Part shown: positions 46,801 to 56,600 of the stretch, piece by piece
Layout: each line of letters starts with the position of its first letter
Numbering within the stretch: position 1 is the first letter of the stretch
Program-made: the position numbers and the translations under genes
IMG/VR virus record: IMGVR_UViG_3300034107_000136
Location: 1-64,000 of that record
Direction: 5' to 3' (one strand)
DNA: 64,000 nt
Source: a virus
Notes under the pieces: generated by a model
What the model saw: the letters and a program-made list of their open reading frames with translations, nothing else
Told to the model about the DNA's origin: nothing
Databases searched by the model: none

Positions 46801-49800
46801 AAGTCAATGTTTGGTTCAGCATTTTTAAAAAGTAAAGAACCAGAAACATTACTTCGTTCTCAATTTATGTCATCTGTACCAGAGATTGGTTCTGAATTAT
46901 CTTTAGGAGCGTTAAGGTCTTTTTCTGCCGAAGGTACTGATGTAGTGAGACACCTAGCAGATAGTAAAATAAGAAAGGAGGCTGAAAAAGCATCTTATGA
47001 GTTAGGTGTAGATCAAAAGAGACAAAAAAGAGATGCAGCAAGATTAAGAAAGGCAGAAACTGTTGGACTACCATCTTGGTCACCAGAACATAAATATCGT
47101 AGTCCAGTTGGTGGAGCAACTGGAATAGATGCGTGGATGGAAGATACTAGACGATCAATTGAACAAGGAAAAGCAGGTATTAAAAAAAGCAAATCAAAGA
47201 TAAGGGATTACAGGAAATTAAATCCAACCATCATTAGATTAAAAACTCCTGCTGGAACAATTCGTGCAAATCTTGATGATATTGTTCCACAAATTGAGCA
47301 GCAGTATGGAACTTCAGGTTCGTCTTATCAAGTTCAAGAACAAGAAAGAATTCTTAATAACGCAAGAATAAAAGTAAGTGGTAAGTCAACAGATAAAAAT
47401 GGAATTACCACTTTAGATGCTGAATTGATAGAATCCTTTGGATTAAATAAGGGTGGAACAATTCCAGGATCAGGAAATACAGATACAGTTCCAGCAATGC
47501 TTACACCAGGAGAATTTGTAGTAAATAAAAAAGCAACACAATCTAATATTGATCTATTACATGCAATCAACAGTAATGGCGATTCTCAATCAATGAAAAA
47601 ATTTAACAAGGGTGGAATGATTGGTGACGTTCAATATTTTGCAGAGGGTGGTGAGGCTCAATCAGATAGAGGTAGTGCATCTGGATCTGGGGCATACAAA
47701 GCAGAAACAAGAAGAGTTATGGCTGTTGGTTGGGACAGTCTACAAACAGAATTAGACATTTTAAAAGAAATGAAAAAAAATAATGAACTTAATGAAACTC
47801 AAGTTAAAGCATTTTCTCAAGGAGAAACATCCCATATAACTCCAGAAGTTGGTCCAAATGGAGGAAAGATGTGGAGGCCATCAAATATGATGGCAGACTT
47901 GGGATTAATCAATAATTACATTGAAGCACAAAAAGGTACATCTAAAAAAGCATTAGGAAATGCTAAATTGTTTGATGAAATTCAAAGCAAAACAAGTCTT
48001 TCCGCAGAACGTTTGCGTGCAGAATTAGACTTACTTTCACGAGGATTCCATGCAACAACAAAAGAATCTGCTATGGCATTACGAGCACTCTCTCAAGTTG
48101 GTGATCAAACCGGACAAAAAATAGCAGTTAGTAGAGTTTTAGATGCTAGATTACAGGGAACATTCTATGACACCTTAAATGCACCAGAAAGACAATACCG
48201 TTCAGACCTTCCAGTAGAAGAAAAATTTGGCAAGCGTAGTAAGCGTAGTAAGCCTGATAGAAACATTCCTCAGCCTGAAACTAGAGATCCAATGCGTCCA
48301 CCAAAGTTATCAGCACAAGAAGCGGATAAAATTAAAAGAAACGCAGAAAGAGAAGCAAGGTCTAGTCTTGGAATAGCACCGCACAGAGGATTTAGTGCAA
48401 GTCAAGGTGGAGGAGGGTATGATCAAAACGATATATTCATTCCTCAACAAGTTATAGATGAGGAATCTAAAAAAATAAGAACTAGAGAGTATGACAAAAG
48501 AAATAAGGAGCATGGAAGAGAACAAGCAAGATTAATTGCAGCATCAAAACAAAGCGAAATGAATCAGCCAACTCCACCAACTCCACCAACTCCACCAGAA
48601 ATAGATGCAGATAAGCAAGGTAAAAGAGCAAAAATGGGTAGAGGAATGGCAAAGGCTGGTGGTGTCATAGGAATGGCATCCATGCTTCCCTTTATGATGC
48701 AAGATCAAGAAGGTAAGTTTATGGGCATGGATGCAAACATGCTTGGCATGGGAATGATGGGTGCAGGAATGGCTATGCCAGCAATAGGAAGTGCTATGAG
48801 TGCAGGTGGTGGTGCTGGAATGCTTGCAGGAGGTGGTGTGCTTGCAACCCTTGCTCCAGTGTTAGCCCCACTCGCTGCTGCCGCTGCTGTTGCTGGCGTT
48901 GGCTTGATGTTGTGGAGAAAAAACATTGATGAGACTTCTAAAGAAACATCTAAGTTAGCATCTAATGTTGGAGTAACAGCAAACTCTTTAGGAGAAGTAT
49001 CAAAAATATTAGGAGTCTCAACTCCATCTCAAAGACAAGCCCAAATGAACTTAGGAATAACAAAAGAAGATATTCAAAATCAAGAAATAATTTCTCCAAT
49101 TCTTCAAAGTGAAGGTGGTCAAAAGTTTATTGAAGAATTAAAAACTGCAACATCTGAAGAAAGATTTAAGAAATTAGCAGATTACACTAAAGCGGCTATT
49201 GCCTCAGGAATGATGGACAAGTCAATGGCTTCAACATTTGCTAAGGGGGTCAGCCTTTCATTAAACGATGTTCTTCTTGGAAGAAGAATGATGCCAGTTA
49301 TATCTGGTCAAAAGATTGGCAGTGGTGGAATGATGTCCATAGCAGATGAAAGAATTTCTGCTCTTAATAAATCCTCAGAAATAAAAAGAGTTGCAGCAGC
49401 AAGCGGAGAATCTCGAACTATCACAACTGCTGACGCGGCCTATACAGTAGGAGCAACAACTCAAGTAATATCTGATCTTTCTAATGTTATTGCTTTGGCT
49501 AGAGAGGAGTACGATAAGGGAACAATATCATTTGAAAAGATGAGATCAACAGTAGACAAGGCAACTGCTTCTCAGAATGAATACAGCAGTATGCTTACAA
49601 AAGCAATTTCTGGGTCTATGGAGCAAGGTGGAACCAGACAAGCACTTAATGATGCTCTTGTCACTATGGGTGTTGATCCAGAAAAAATATCAACATTTAA
49701 GAATGCTATGGATATAGGTGTGGGCGGTCTTGGAGTAAGTGCTTTTCAACAAGAACAAACAAAAAGAATTTTGACAGAAAAGGGAATGTCTGGAAACATA

Positions 49801-52800
49801 GTTACTAATCCAAATGCAATCGGCAGTAGTAGAAGTGCGGCATATGGTGCAAGATTCTCTAATTTAACTGGAAGCACAAAATCTTTTGAAAATTATCAAG
49901 CAGCAAAAGATCAAGCAGCAAAAGATGAAAGTGCCATTGTAAATGCTCAAACTTCAGGATTAGCAGAGCAATTACTTCAAGCCGTTGCTGCTAATAAGAT
50001 TACAATAGATCAAGCAAATTTAATTTCAGAACAAGTAAAAACTGGATCAAAATTTGGAATGGATCTTGTTCGTGAGTTTAATGCAGGAGCAAAAGATTTA
50101 GGAGGAACCTTAAATGCATTATTTGTAGCCTCATCAAGAACAGCAGATATTGCTGGAGTTAGCGATGCTAAGGTTATGGGAATTTCACAAAAAGATAGGT
50201 ATATTTCCGCTGGTGCAGCATTTGGACGTAAAGGTGGAGATGTTGATCAGTATGCTGCTTTAATTGAAAGCATTCCTTCACAAAAAAGAATAGACATAAT
50301 TACAACATTTAACGGATTGACATATGAGCAACAATCAAAGCAAATAGCAGATATGACTCAGTTATCGGCAATTGGTGGAGCAGAAAATACTGGAAAACTT
50401 CAATCCTCAGATTTTTATCAAGGACAACTAAAAGCAGGGAAAACTGGAGGAATTGTTGATAGAGCGAAGGGTGCCGCTGCCGCAGGAGTTGGAGAAGATT
50501 ACCTAAATGTAATGGCTACCATTTCAGCAGAAGACAACGGTGTTCCTATTTCATCAAAAGAATATAACTCTAGATCTAAGTTAGTTTTGAAATCATTAAA
50601 AGATTTTAGTTCTAATGACAAAATAAAAAAACAAGAGGCTGGAATAGTTTTACTACAGCAAATTGAAAATCCAGATGGTAAAAAAATAACAGCGGCTGAA
50701 GCAGAAAAAGGAATGCAAGACTTGATGAAAAAATTTGGAAAAGGAAAGACATTAAATCTTCCACCCACAATATTTAGAAAAGTTATAATTTTACAATCAA
50801 AGATCCTAGGACTACAACAAATGATAGATGCAAAAAGACTAGCACTATCAACTGCTAGCGGCGAGGGGGCACGAGATTTAAGGTTATCACTTAGAGCAGA
50901 CGAAAACCAACAAGTTGGAATTGATGAACAAATTTTATCTGAGTATAATCAATCAGGAGTTACTGGTGGTGGAGATGGAGAAGGAAGCAAAGATGGTGGT
51001 GGAGGTGGATCAAAAGCCAATCCCCTACTAGACTTAAAAAAATCTATTCTTGATCAAATTAAAATGTATGTTGATATCAATGCAACAATGAAAAAACTGA
51101 ATGATCAAAAATATAAGTTTTCAGATATGATATCAGGCAAGGGTGGAGTGCTTAACAGACTGCGAGGATTAAAAGGTAATGCTGGGGGTCTTAGTGATTC
51201 AGTCATTGATGCTATTTCAGGTATGGGTCCAGATGCAGCAAAGAAATGGATTGAAAAAAATACTAAGGGTGGAAAACTTACCAAAGAAGGACAAAATCAA
51301 GCGGATCTTTTAAATTCAGGTAAAATTAGGGGAACCATAGAAGGTAATCTTGCAGAATTTAGAGGAGCAAGAGCACAAAGAAAAGCATACAGAAACCTCA
51401 GGGGTAGAGGATTAGATAATTCTGTAGTTCAAGCAATTGCAGGAGATCCAGAAAAAGCAAAAGAACTTGAGGTTCTTCAAGCAAGAGTAAATGCTGGAAT
51501 AAAGAAATCAGTAAAGGACATGAATGCCTTTATTAATTCACAAATAAAGGCAACTAAGGAGGCAGAACTTCTTGCAAGAGCACAAGATCCTCTTCAAACT
51601 AAAATAGACGATTTAACAATGGCACATAGAATAGACAGTGTAGTAATTAATAAACAAATTAAAATATATGAAGATCAAATTACTGCAATAAATAAAGAAA
51701 TAACTGCGATACAAGAGTTAAATTCTAAGGATCAAAATAGAATTAGAGATCTTGATCGTCAAAAAGAAATTATTAATCGTCAGATTGAAATACTTAATCG
51801 TGCAAACGAATTAGATCAAAGAAGAGCAGATGCATTAAGAAGAGAAGATGATATAAGAAATAGAGCAGCAGATTCTTTAAATCATGAATTAGATATTATG
51901 TCTAAGCAAGAACAAAAAATACAAGATGCATACAATAAAAGAATTAAGGCTCTTGACGAAGTTGCAAAGATTAATGACTACATCATTAATCAACAAAAGA
52001 GCCAACTTGGATTAGCCGATGCATTGAGTCGTGGAGACATTTCAGCAGCAGTATCAGTGCAGCAAGATATGCAAGCAGGCAATGCTCAATTTGCTACTGA
52101 GCAAATGCGCTCTGGCCTTCAAACTGGGGTAGACAATCAAATTGCAGGCTTAACAACTACTGGTGGATTAACTAGAGATCAAGCAGAAGCACAAATTTCT
52201 GCTATCAAAGAGCAGTCATATCAAACAAGTTTATTAATTCGTGATATTGAAGATGCAATTTATCAAAGAAACCTTCAAATGATTCCATTAAAAGATAGTC
52301 AATTAGTAATTGATAATCAAATTAGAGTTATTCAAGATGCAATGTATGTCAGAGAAACAAGTATTATTGAAATACAAAATGGTAAACTTGCTAATGCACA
52401 GAAGCAACTAGACAAAGAATTAGAAATTAAAACAGCCTTAGACGATAAGTTCAATAGCCAAGTGGCAGATTATGAATTACAAAAAGATATAGTAGACATG
52501 ATTGACGCACAAAGCACTGCTGTTGCACAACTTTCACGACATTACGAAGTTATTGCCAATCAAATTGATAATATTAATAAACTTGCTGCTAAAGCAACAA
52601 GTGAAATTAAAAAGCCAATAGAGAAGACAAATGAAACAGAAACAGACTTTAATGAAAGATATAAAAGATATGAAGATAGGATCTCTGCAATTGAAGCAAA
52701 AAGAGCAGCAGATGCGGCAGCAGTAGTAGCATCAATGACTCCAGTAAATAAGGCTGTTGGAGGATTGATTGGAGATGGAGCAAGAGATTCAATTCCTGCC

Positions 52801-53106
52801 ATGCTTACCCCTGGAGAATTTGTAATGCGTAAAGCATCTGTGCAAAAATATGGATCATCAATGCTTGAAAAAATGAATATGGGTGCGTTTGAAATGCCAA
52901 GGTACAACGTTCAAGGACCACAAGAACAGACTAAGGCATCAAACACAAATAATACAAGCATTAACGCTCCAGTGTATAATACTTATAGTGTCAACGTCAA
53001 CGTTCCAAATACCAATGCTGATCCAGATGTTATTGCCAATAAGGTTATGATGAGAATGACGCAAATAGATAACTCAAACATAAGGAGTCTCCGTGGCAAC
53101 AAGTAA
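43816..53106 (+). CDS. Tape measure protein (3096 aa) with internal cargo-like domains
   Basis: Length, position, helical core, three PAMLTPGEFV motifs. Confidence 0.9.
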   Translation: MADVNAIINIDINSSSALVNLKRLESQIDQFNRSVSTSNATAAASQQSLNRALLDGINNTGLFTSKIIPVESSMKRFSRSLDEGRLSLGEYTRYAGSQLPGLSKVFRKEFDSIEQVATSRVKSMQTQYLALGKTVDGVTRAISSTPTGLAKGMATDLAMTQQRQQIFNKLLDDGSTKLLNWGKNTQWAGRQLMVGFSLPLAAFGAAAAKTFMEIDKATISLKRVYGDLSTTKEELDSNVEAVKGLGKEYTKYGITLAETISLSGRAAATGATNEKLMAATEQTLRFATLGQMDYNQALDTTISLQTAFAISNEDLGKTVDYLNAVENQTILTMEDMSVAIPRVATVVKGLGGSVQDLAVMMTAMREGGVSAENAANGLKSGLASLINPTKRASESLADMGVNLKGIINQNKGDLMGIVTEFGTAINKLDEFSRQQVLEQVFGKFQYARMSALFTNITKDAGQAARAMDLAGMSAEDLAKISEKELGQISESTSVKFQASMEKLKISIAPIGEAFLKGITPVVDMVSKIADAFNNLPDGVKNAIAVLTGVVAGIGPVLLMTIGLLGNGIANITKFVQFIRKSLAGIKGDASAFTYLAQGELEAVTASKALEGSAVNLTDKLLLQRGAVVGLTAEYERFARAAGIARAEMGLVSGAPMPSGGGRQAIPVPRIRKNTGGTIPGVGSTDTVPAMLTPGEFVINKKATAQNLPLLHAINDGKGMGGFNKGGQIPGVQYFAMAGKVLPKPKNVTVPKGTQSPQMTHTTPKPILSTIGTAMPQRILGSARGRVAQRLANAGIPVELLTDAWIRSPFNQKLKSKVQGSTITDWVEDLKDSQLGPAYRRAEIRASDLREELRGSFLSENTYTQEDFGNIIEDAAKRIKPSFSPAIDSAYLPKPEVLREYSEQLESAGFYLQKNEANGKNYIVDSTEVEKRQMASSSYPLTRNKGGLIPGGEVTQSRPFYGVFNAKTIDMFKNWIGTHSEAIPALRQTILKDPKMKSMFGSAFLKSKEPETLLRSQFMSSVPEIGSELSLGALRSFSAEGTDVVRHLADSKIRKEAEKASYELGVDQKRQKRDAARLRKAETVGLPSWSPEHKYRSPVGGATGIDAWMEDTRRSIEQGKAGIKKSKSKIRDYRKLNPTIIRLKTPAGTIRANLDDIVPQIEQQYGTSGSSYQVQEQERILNNARIKVSGKSTDKNGITTLDAELIESFGLNKGGTIPGSGNTDTVPAMLTPGEFVVNKKATQSNIDLLHAINSNGDSQSMKKFNKGGMIGDVQYFAEGGEAQSDRGSASGSGAYKAETRRVMAVGWDSLQTELDILKEMKKNNELNETQVKAFSQGETSHITPEVGPNGGKMWRPSNMMADLGLINNYIEAQKGTSKKALGNAKLFDEIQSKTSLSAERLRAELDLLSRGFHATTKESAMALRALSQVGDQTGQKIAVSRVLDARLQGTFYDTLNAPERQYRSDLPVEEKFGKRSKRSKPDRNIPQPETRDPMRPPKLSAQEADKIKRNAEREARSSLGIAPHRGFSASQGGGGYDQNDIFIPQQVIDEESKKIRTREYDKRNKEHGREQARLIAASKQSEMNQPTPPTPPTPPEIDADKQGKRAKMGRGMAKAGGVIGMASMLPFMMQDQEGKFMGMDANMLGMGMMGAGMAMPAIGSAMSAGGGAGMLAGGGVLATLAPVLAPLAAAAAVAGVGLMLWRKNIDETSKETSKLASNVGVTANSLGEVSKILGVSTPSQRQAQMNLGITKEDIQNQEIISPILQSEGGQKFIEELKTATSEERFKKLADYTKAAIASGMMDKSMASTFAKGVSLSLNDVLLGRRMMPVISGQKIGSGGMMSIADERISALNKSSEIKRVAAASGESRTITTADAAYTVGATTQVISDLSNVIALAREEYDKGTISFEKMRSTVDKATASQNEYSSMLTKAISGSMEQGGTRQALNDALVTMGVDPEKISTFKNAMDIGVGGLGVSAFQQEQTKRILTEKGMSGNIVTNPNAIGSSRSAAYGARFSNLTGSTKSFENYQAAKDQAAKDESAIVNAQTSGLAEQLLQAVAANKITIDQANLISEQVKTGSKFGMDLVREFNAGAKDLGGTLNALFVASSRTADIAGVSDAKVMGISQKDRYISAGAAFGRKGGDVDQYAALIESIPSQKRIDIITTFNGLTYEQQSKQIADMTQLSAIGGAENTGKLQSSDFYQGQLKAGKTGGIVDRAKGAAAAGVGEDYLNVMATISAEDNGVPISSKEYNSRSKLVLKSLKDFSSNDKIKKQEAGIVLLQQIENPDGKKITAAEAEKGMQDLMKKFGKGKTLNLPPTIFRKVIILQSKILGLQQMIDAKRLALSTASGEGARDLRLSLRADENQQVGIDEQILSEYNQSGVTGGGDGEGSKDGGGGGSKANPLLDLKKSILDQIKMYVDINATMKKLNDQKYKFSDMISGKGGVLNRLRGLKGNAGGLSDSVIDAISGMGPDAAKKWIEKNTKGGKLTKEGQNQADLLNSGKIRGTIEGNLAEFRGARAQRKAYRNLRGRGLDNSVVQAIAGDPEKAKELEVLQARVNAGIKKSVKDMNAFINSQIKATKEAELLARAQDPLQTKIDDLTMAHRIDSVVINKQIKIYEDQITAINKEITAIQELNSKDQNRIRDLDRQKEIINRQIEILNRANELDQRRADALRREDDIRNRAADSLNHELDIMSKQEQKIQDAYNKRIKALDEVAKINDYIINQQKSQLGLADALSRGDISAAVSVQQDMQAGNAQFATEQMRSGLQTGVDNQIAGLTTTGGLTRDQAEAQISAIKEQSYQTSLLIRDIEDAIYQRNLQMIPLKDSQLVIDNQIRVIQDAMYVRETSIIEIQNGKLANAQKQLDKELEIKTALDDKFNSQVADYELQKDIVDMIDAQSTAVAQLSRHYEVIANQIDNINKLAAKATSEIKKPIEKTNETETDFNERYKRYEDRISAIEAKRAADAAAVVASMTPVNKAVGGLIGDGARDSIPAMLTPGEFVMRKASVQKYGSSMLEKMNMGAFEMPRYNVQGPQEQTKASNTNNTSINAPVYNTYSVNVNVPNTNADPDVIANKVMMRMTQIDNSNIRSLRGNK

Positions 53107-53680
53107 TTATTTGGAAGGTAGAACGAGATGGTCTAGACCACAAGGACTGCTCTTCTCTGATAATGCAGGAACTCTTAGTAATGGCATCTTTGTTCCGCAG
53201 GGATCTGAGGCAGACGGTGATTTTATTATCCCCTCCGATCATAATCGTGGAGCAATAAACTTAACTCAACAAAGAATAGAGAATAGACTGAGAACTATTA
53301 ATGGAACGATGCGTTCGTACCATGTAGCAGACAAGATAAACCTTTCTGTTTCTTGGCAGAATCTACCATCTAGGGCACACTCGCAAGAAGAATCTTATAA
53401 TGCTAATGGCATATACGATGGGACTGGAATTGAATATACCGCCGATGCAGGCGCGGGTGGAGTTGAAATGCTTGAATGGTATCAGAATCACTCTGGACCA
53501 TTCTATGTATATCTATCCTATGACAAATACATCAACTTTGAAGAAAATAGATATGATCACTTGAATCAATACAGTCAAGTTATCCACATGTTCTTCTCTT
53601 CTTTTGATTACACAATATCAAAACGTGGTGCAACTAACCATGACTTGTGGGACATAAGTTTATCCTTGGAAGAGGTTTAA
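53093..53680 (+). CDS. Distal-tail-like protein
   Basis: Follows the tape measure; RTINGTMR..SW..LP...SLEEV. Confidence 0.6.
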   Translation: MATSNYLEGRTRWSRPQGLLFSDNAGTLSNGIFVPQGSEADGDFIIPSDHNRGAINLTQQRIENRLRTINGTMRSYHVADKINLSVSWQNLPSRAHSQEESYNANGIYDGTGIEYTADAGAGGVEMLEWYQNHSGPFYVYLSYDKYINFEENRYDHLNQYSQVIHMFFSSFDYTISKRGATNHDLWDISLSLEEV

Positions 53681-53681
53681 G

Positions 53682-56600
53682 ATGTTTCAGTCAGATGCGC
53701 TGAAAGATCATCTACAGACTTCCTATACCATTGAAAACAAGTCACTAGTTTTTGCTGAGTGGAATCTTAATCAACCAGAAAATATAGCGAGGATTGGCAA
53801 CTATCGCTACAGACCTAGCGGTGGCGTCGTTGATGCTCAATTCGCTACAGTGCCGCTAACATACGATATCAACGATGCTGGTGGGTATTACACAGGAGCA
53901 ACAGATGCAGACATTGTTGTTGATGGTGGGTATGATGACAATGGAGATCCTATAAGTTTTACTACCGCTAAAGATAAGATGCAGATGCTTTACTCACTTG
54001 AAGATTGTTTTAATCCGTTCAGACCAAGATCTGGAATAAACAAGATGATTTATTTGGGACTATCTGGAGCGGGGTATACAGAATCACAATACATTGCAAA
54101 CTTTGGATCAGATTCTGCAACAAGACCAAGATACTATTTGTCATCAAAGTACGATCAATTTAAATATTGGACATCATATAGAACTCAAGACGGTGTGGAG
54201 TATGGCGTATCTAAAACAATGTTTAATGGAAGATCATATATTGACGATGCAGTTCCCTTTGTTGTATACAACGAAAACATAACAGCAAATAGAATTGTTA
54301 TCAAAATGCAGACAAACGTAGGAGAAACAAATCTTGGAGATATTCGTGTAGGAGAGACTACAATTCCAGATCCTCTCTACGGTGTTGCCAATCAAACAAC
54401 TCCCGTTAGGTGGCGGGTAGAGGTGCTCAAGGGTACTTCTTGGATAGAGGTAGCATCCTTTGATGAGAACTCTCTTCGTTCTGATGGAACAGCAATAATA
54501 CAATCTGATGGATATGTAGAACTTGCATACGGATTACAGTTGCCAAATGAATATAAGGATATCTTTGTTTATGCTGGTGAAATATCTTCGTTTGATAGTC
54601 TTCCAACTAGCGCACCAAACGGGTATGCATATTTATTAAAAGATAATTCTGATGACAAGGGTATTTTTTATATATACAATGAAGTAGATAGTGAGTGGGT
54701 AGGGTTAGACCCACAATACACTTGGGACATAGCAGACAATTTTGTTAGTAAGAATAGCAAATTTGTAACTGATTTGACTAATCCAGATTATTTTTGGGAT
54801 CAAGGTAAAAAAGTATATAGAGACATTGAAGTATTTAAGGGCATAAGAATTGTAGTTGCAACAATGAATAAGCCGAATTGTACTTTTGACCTTATTGAAT
54901 TATCCCCTCGTCTATCTGCTGATCTTACTGATCGTGTTCAAGACTTTAGCATTACGAGGACTCTTTCTGATTTGGGTAATGGAAAGATTCCTGTAGGATC
55001 TTTGCTTGCTGGTACTGGTCAAATAAACGTTAACGATAATGATTTTGCTTTCGTACAAAATAATTCATTTAATGAAATAACTTCTCAAGGAAGCATTGTA
55101 TCAAAATACTTATTGACACATGTAAAGTTTATGTTTTATGATGTGATAAGAAACGTTGACTCATATGATTACTATGTTCCTATAAAGACAATGTATTCTG
55201 AAGGTCTTCCTCAATCTCAAGGTAACTTTGATCAGATCTCTATAAACCTAAGAGATGCATATTTAATTCTTGAAGCAAGTCCTGCTCCATCCTTAATGCT
55301 TACAGACATTTCTTTAAGTGCTGCAATAATGATTCTACTGGATTACATAGGTTTTAGCAACTACGTCTTTAAAAGAATTCAAGGGGTGCCAGACCCAGTT
55401 ATTCCTTATTTCTTTGTTGCACCAAATCAAAACGTTGCAGAAGTTCTTACTCAATTAGCAGTTGCAACTCAGAGTGCAATGTTCTTTGATGAGTATAATA
55501 ATTTTGTTTTGATGACAAAAGAATATTTGTTACCAGATATCGGAGGAAGAGATTTAGATATAACGTTATTTGGTAACAAAGTAGATTCAATGTTACCAAA
55601 CATTATTCAAGTATCTTCATCAAATAAAAGTGTTAACAATAATGGTCAAATAAACTATACTCAAAGATATATTCAAAGAACATATGGGTCAACTCGTCAA
55701 TCCATGTATAGTGATGAGTTTAAGACTTGGGTATATACTCCAACATTAATGTGGGAAGTTACAGGAGATCAAACTACTAAAGCAATAAATGAAACTGCTA
55801 CTGAACAATCTTCCTATTCGTTATCAGCAATGCCGTTAAATTCTAATCTCACAGCAGACGTTCCAACAGTGATAAACAACACAATGACCAACAATATACT
55901 TGACGTGGGCGAATCTATCTACTATATTGCTAGGTACAATGGATTCTTTTACGCTAATGGAGAGATAATAAAGTATGATGCAGTAGAGTATTCAATAACT
56001 GGACAAGCAACACCATTGTGGATAAACAATGTTCAAGAATATCAAAACTACTTCCTAAATATTCCATTTAACGGAAAGATGTATCCAACAGGAAAGATAA
56101 GAATATATTCAGAACCAGAGTATATTGTTGTTGGAGGAGTGACGGTAATGAGTCCTGGCCCTGCTAAGATTCACGGTAGAGGTCAATTTGGAACAACCAT
56201 AACAAATCACGATGCTGGAATCAATACTTATTGGACAGATTCTAATAATGTGTATGGATGTCAGCAGCAAGGTAACTATATTTATAGTGCTGATCAAGTT
56301 GTTAATTATCCATTAGGATTAGAAAAGAATACTGCTGCTGGTATAAGTAATGCAAAAGCAAGAGAAAGTTCTAGAAACGGTATTATAAAGAATACAACCT
56401 CTCAAGTCTATTGGACAGAAAGACAAGTAAATGAATTTACAACAGCACAATCTGGAACTGTTCAATCTTCTGCACTAGTTTTTACTGGTCCAAACTTTGA
56501 TACAGGAGTTTCGCCAAGAGATTATGTTTCTTATATACACAAGCCACTAGACAATGCCTATAAGCATTTTGGAACAAGAATGAGAATTATAGGTAAGATT

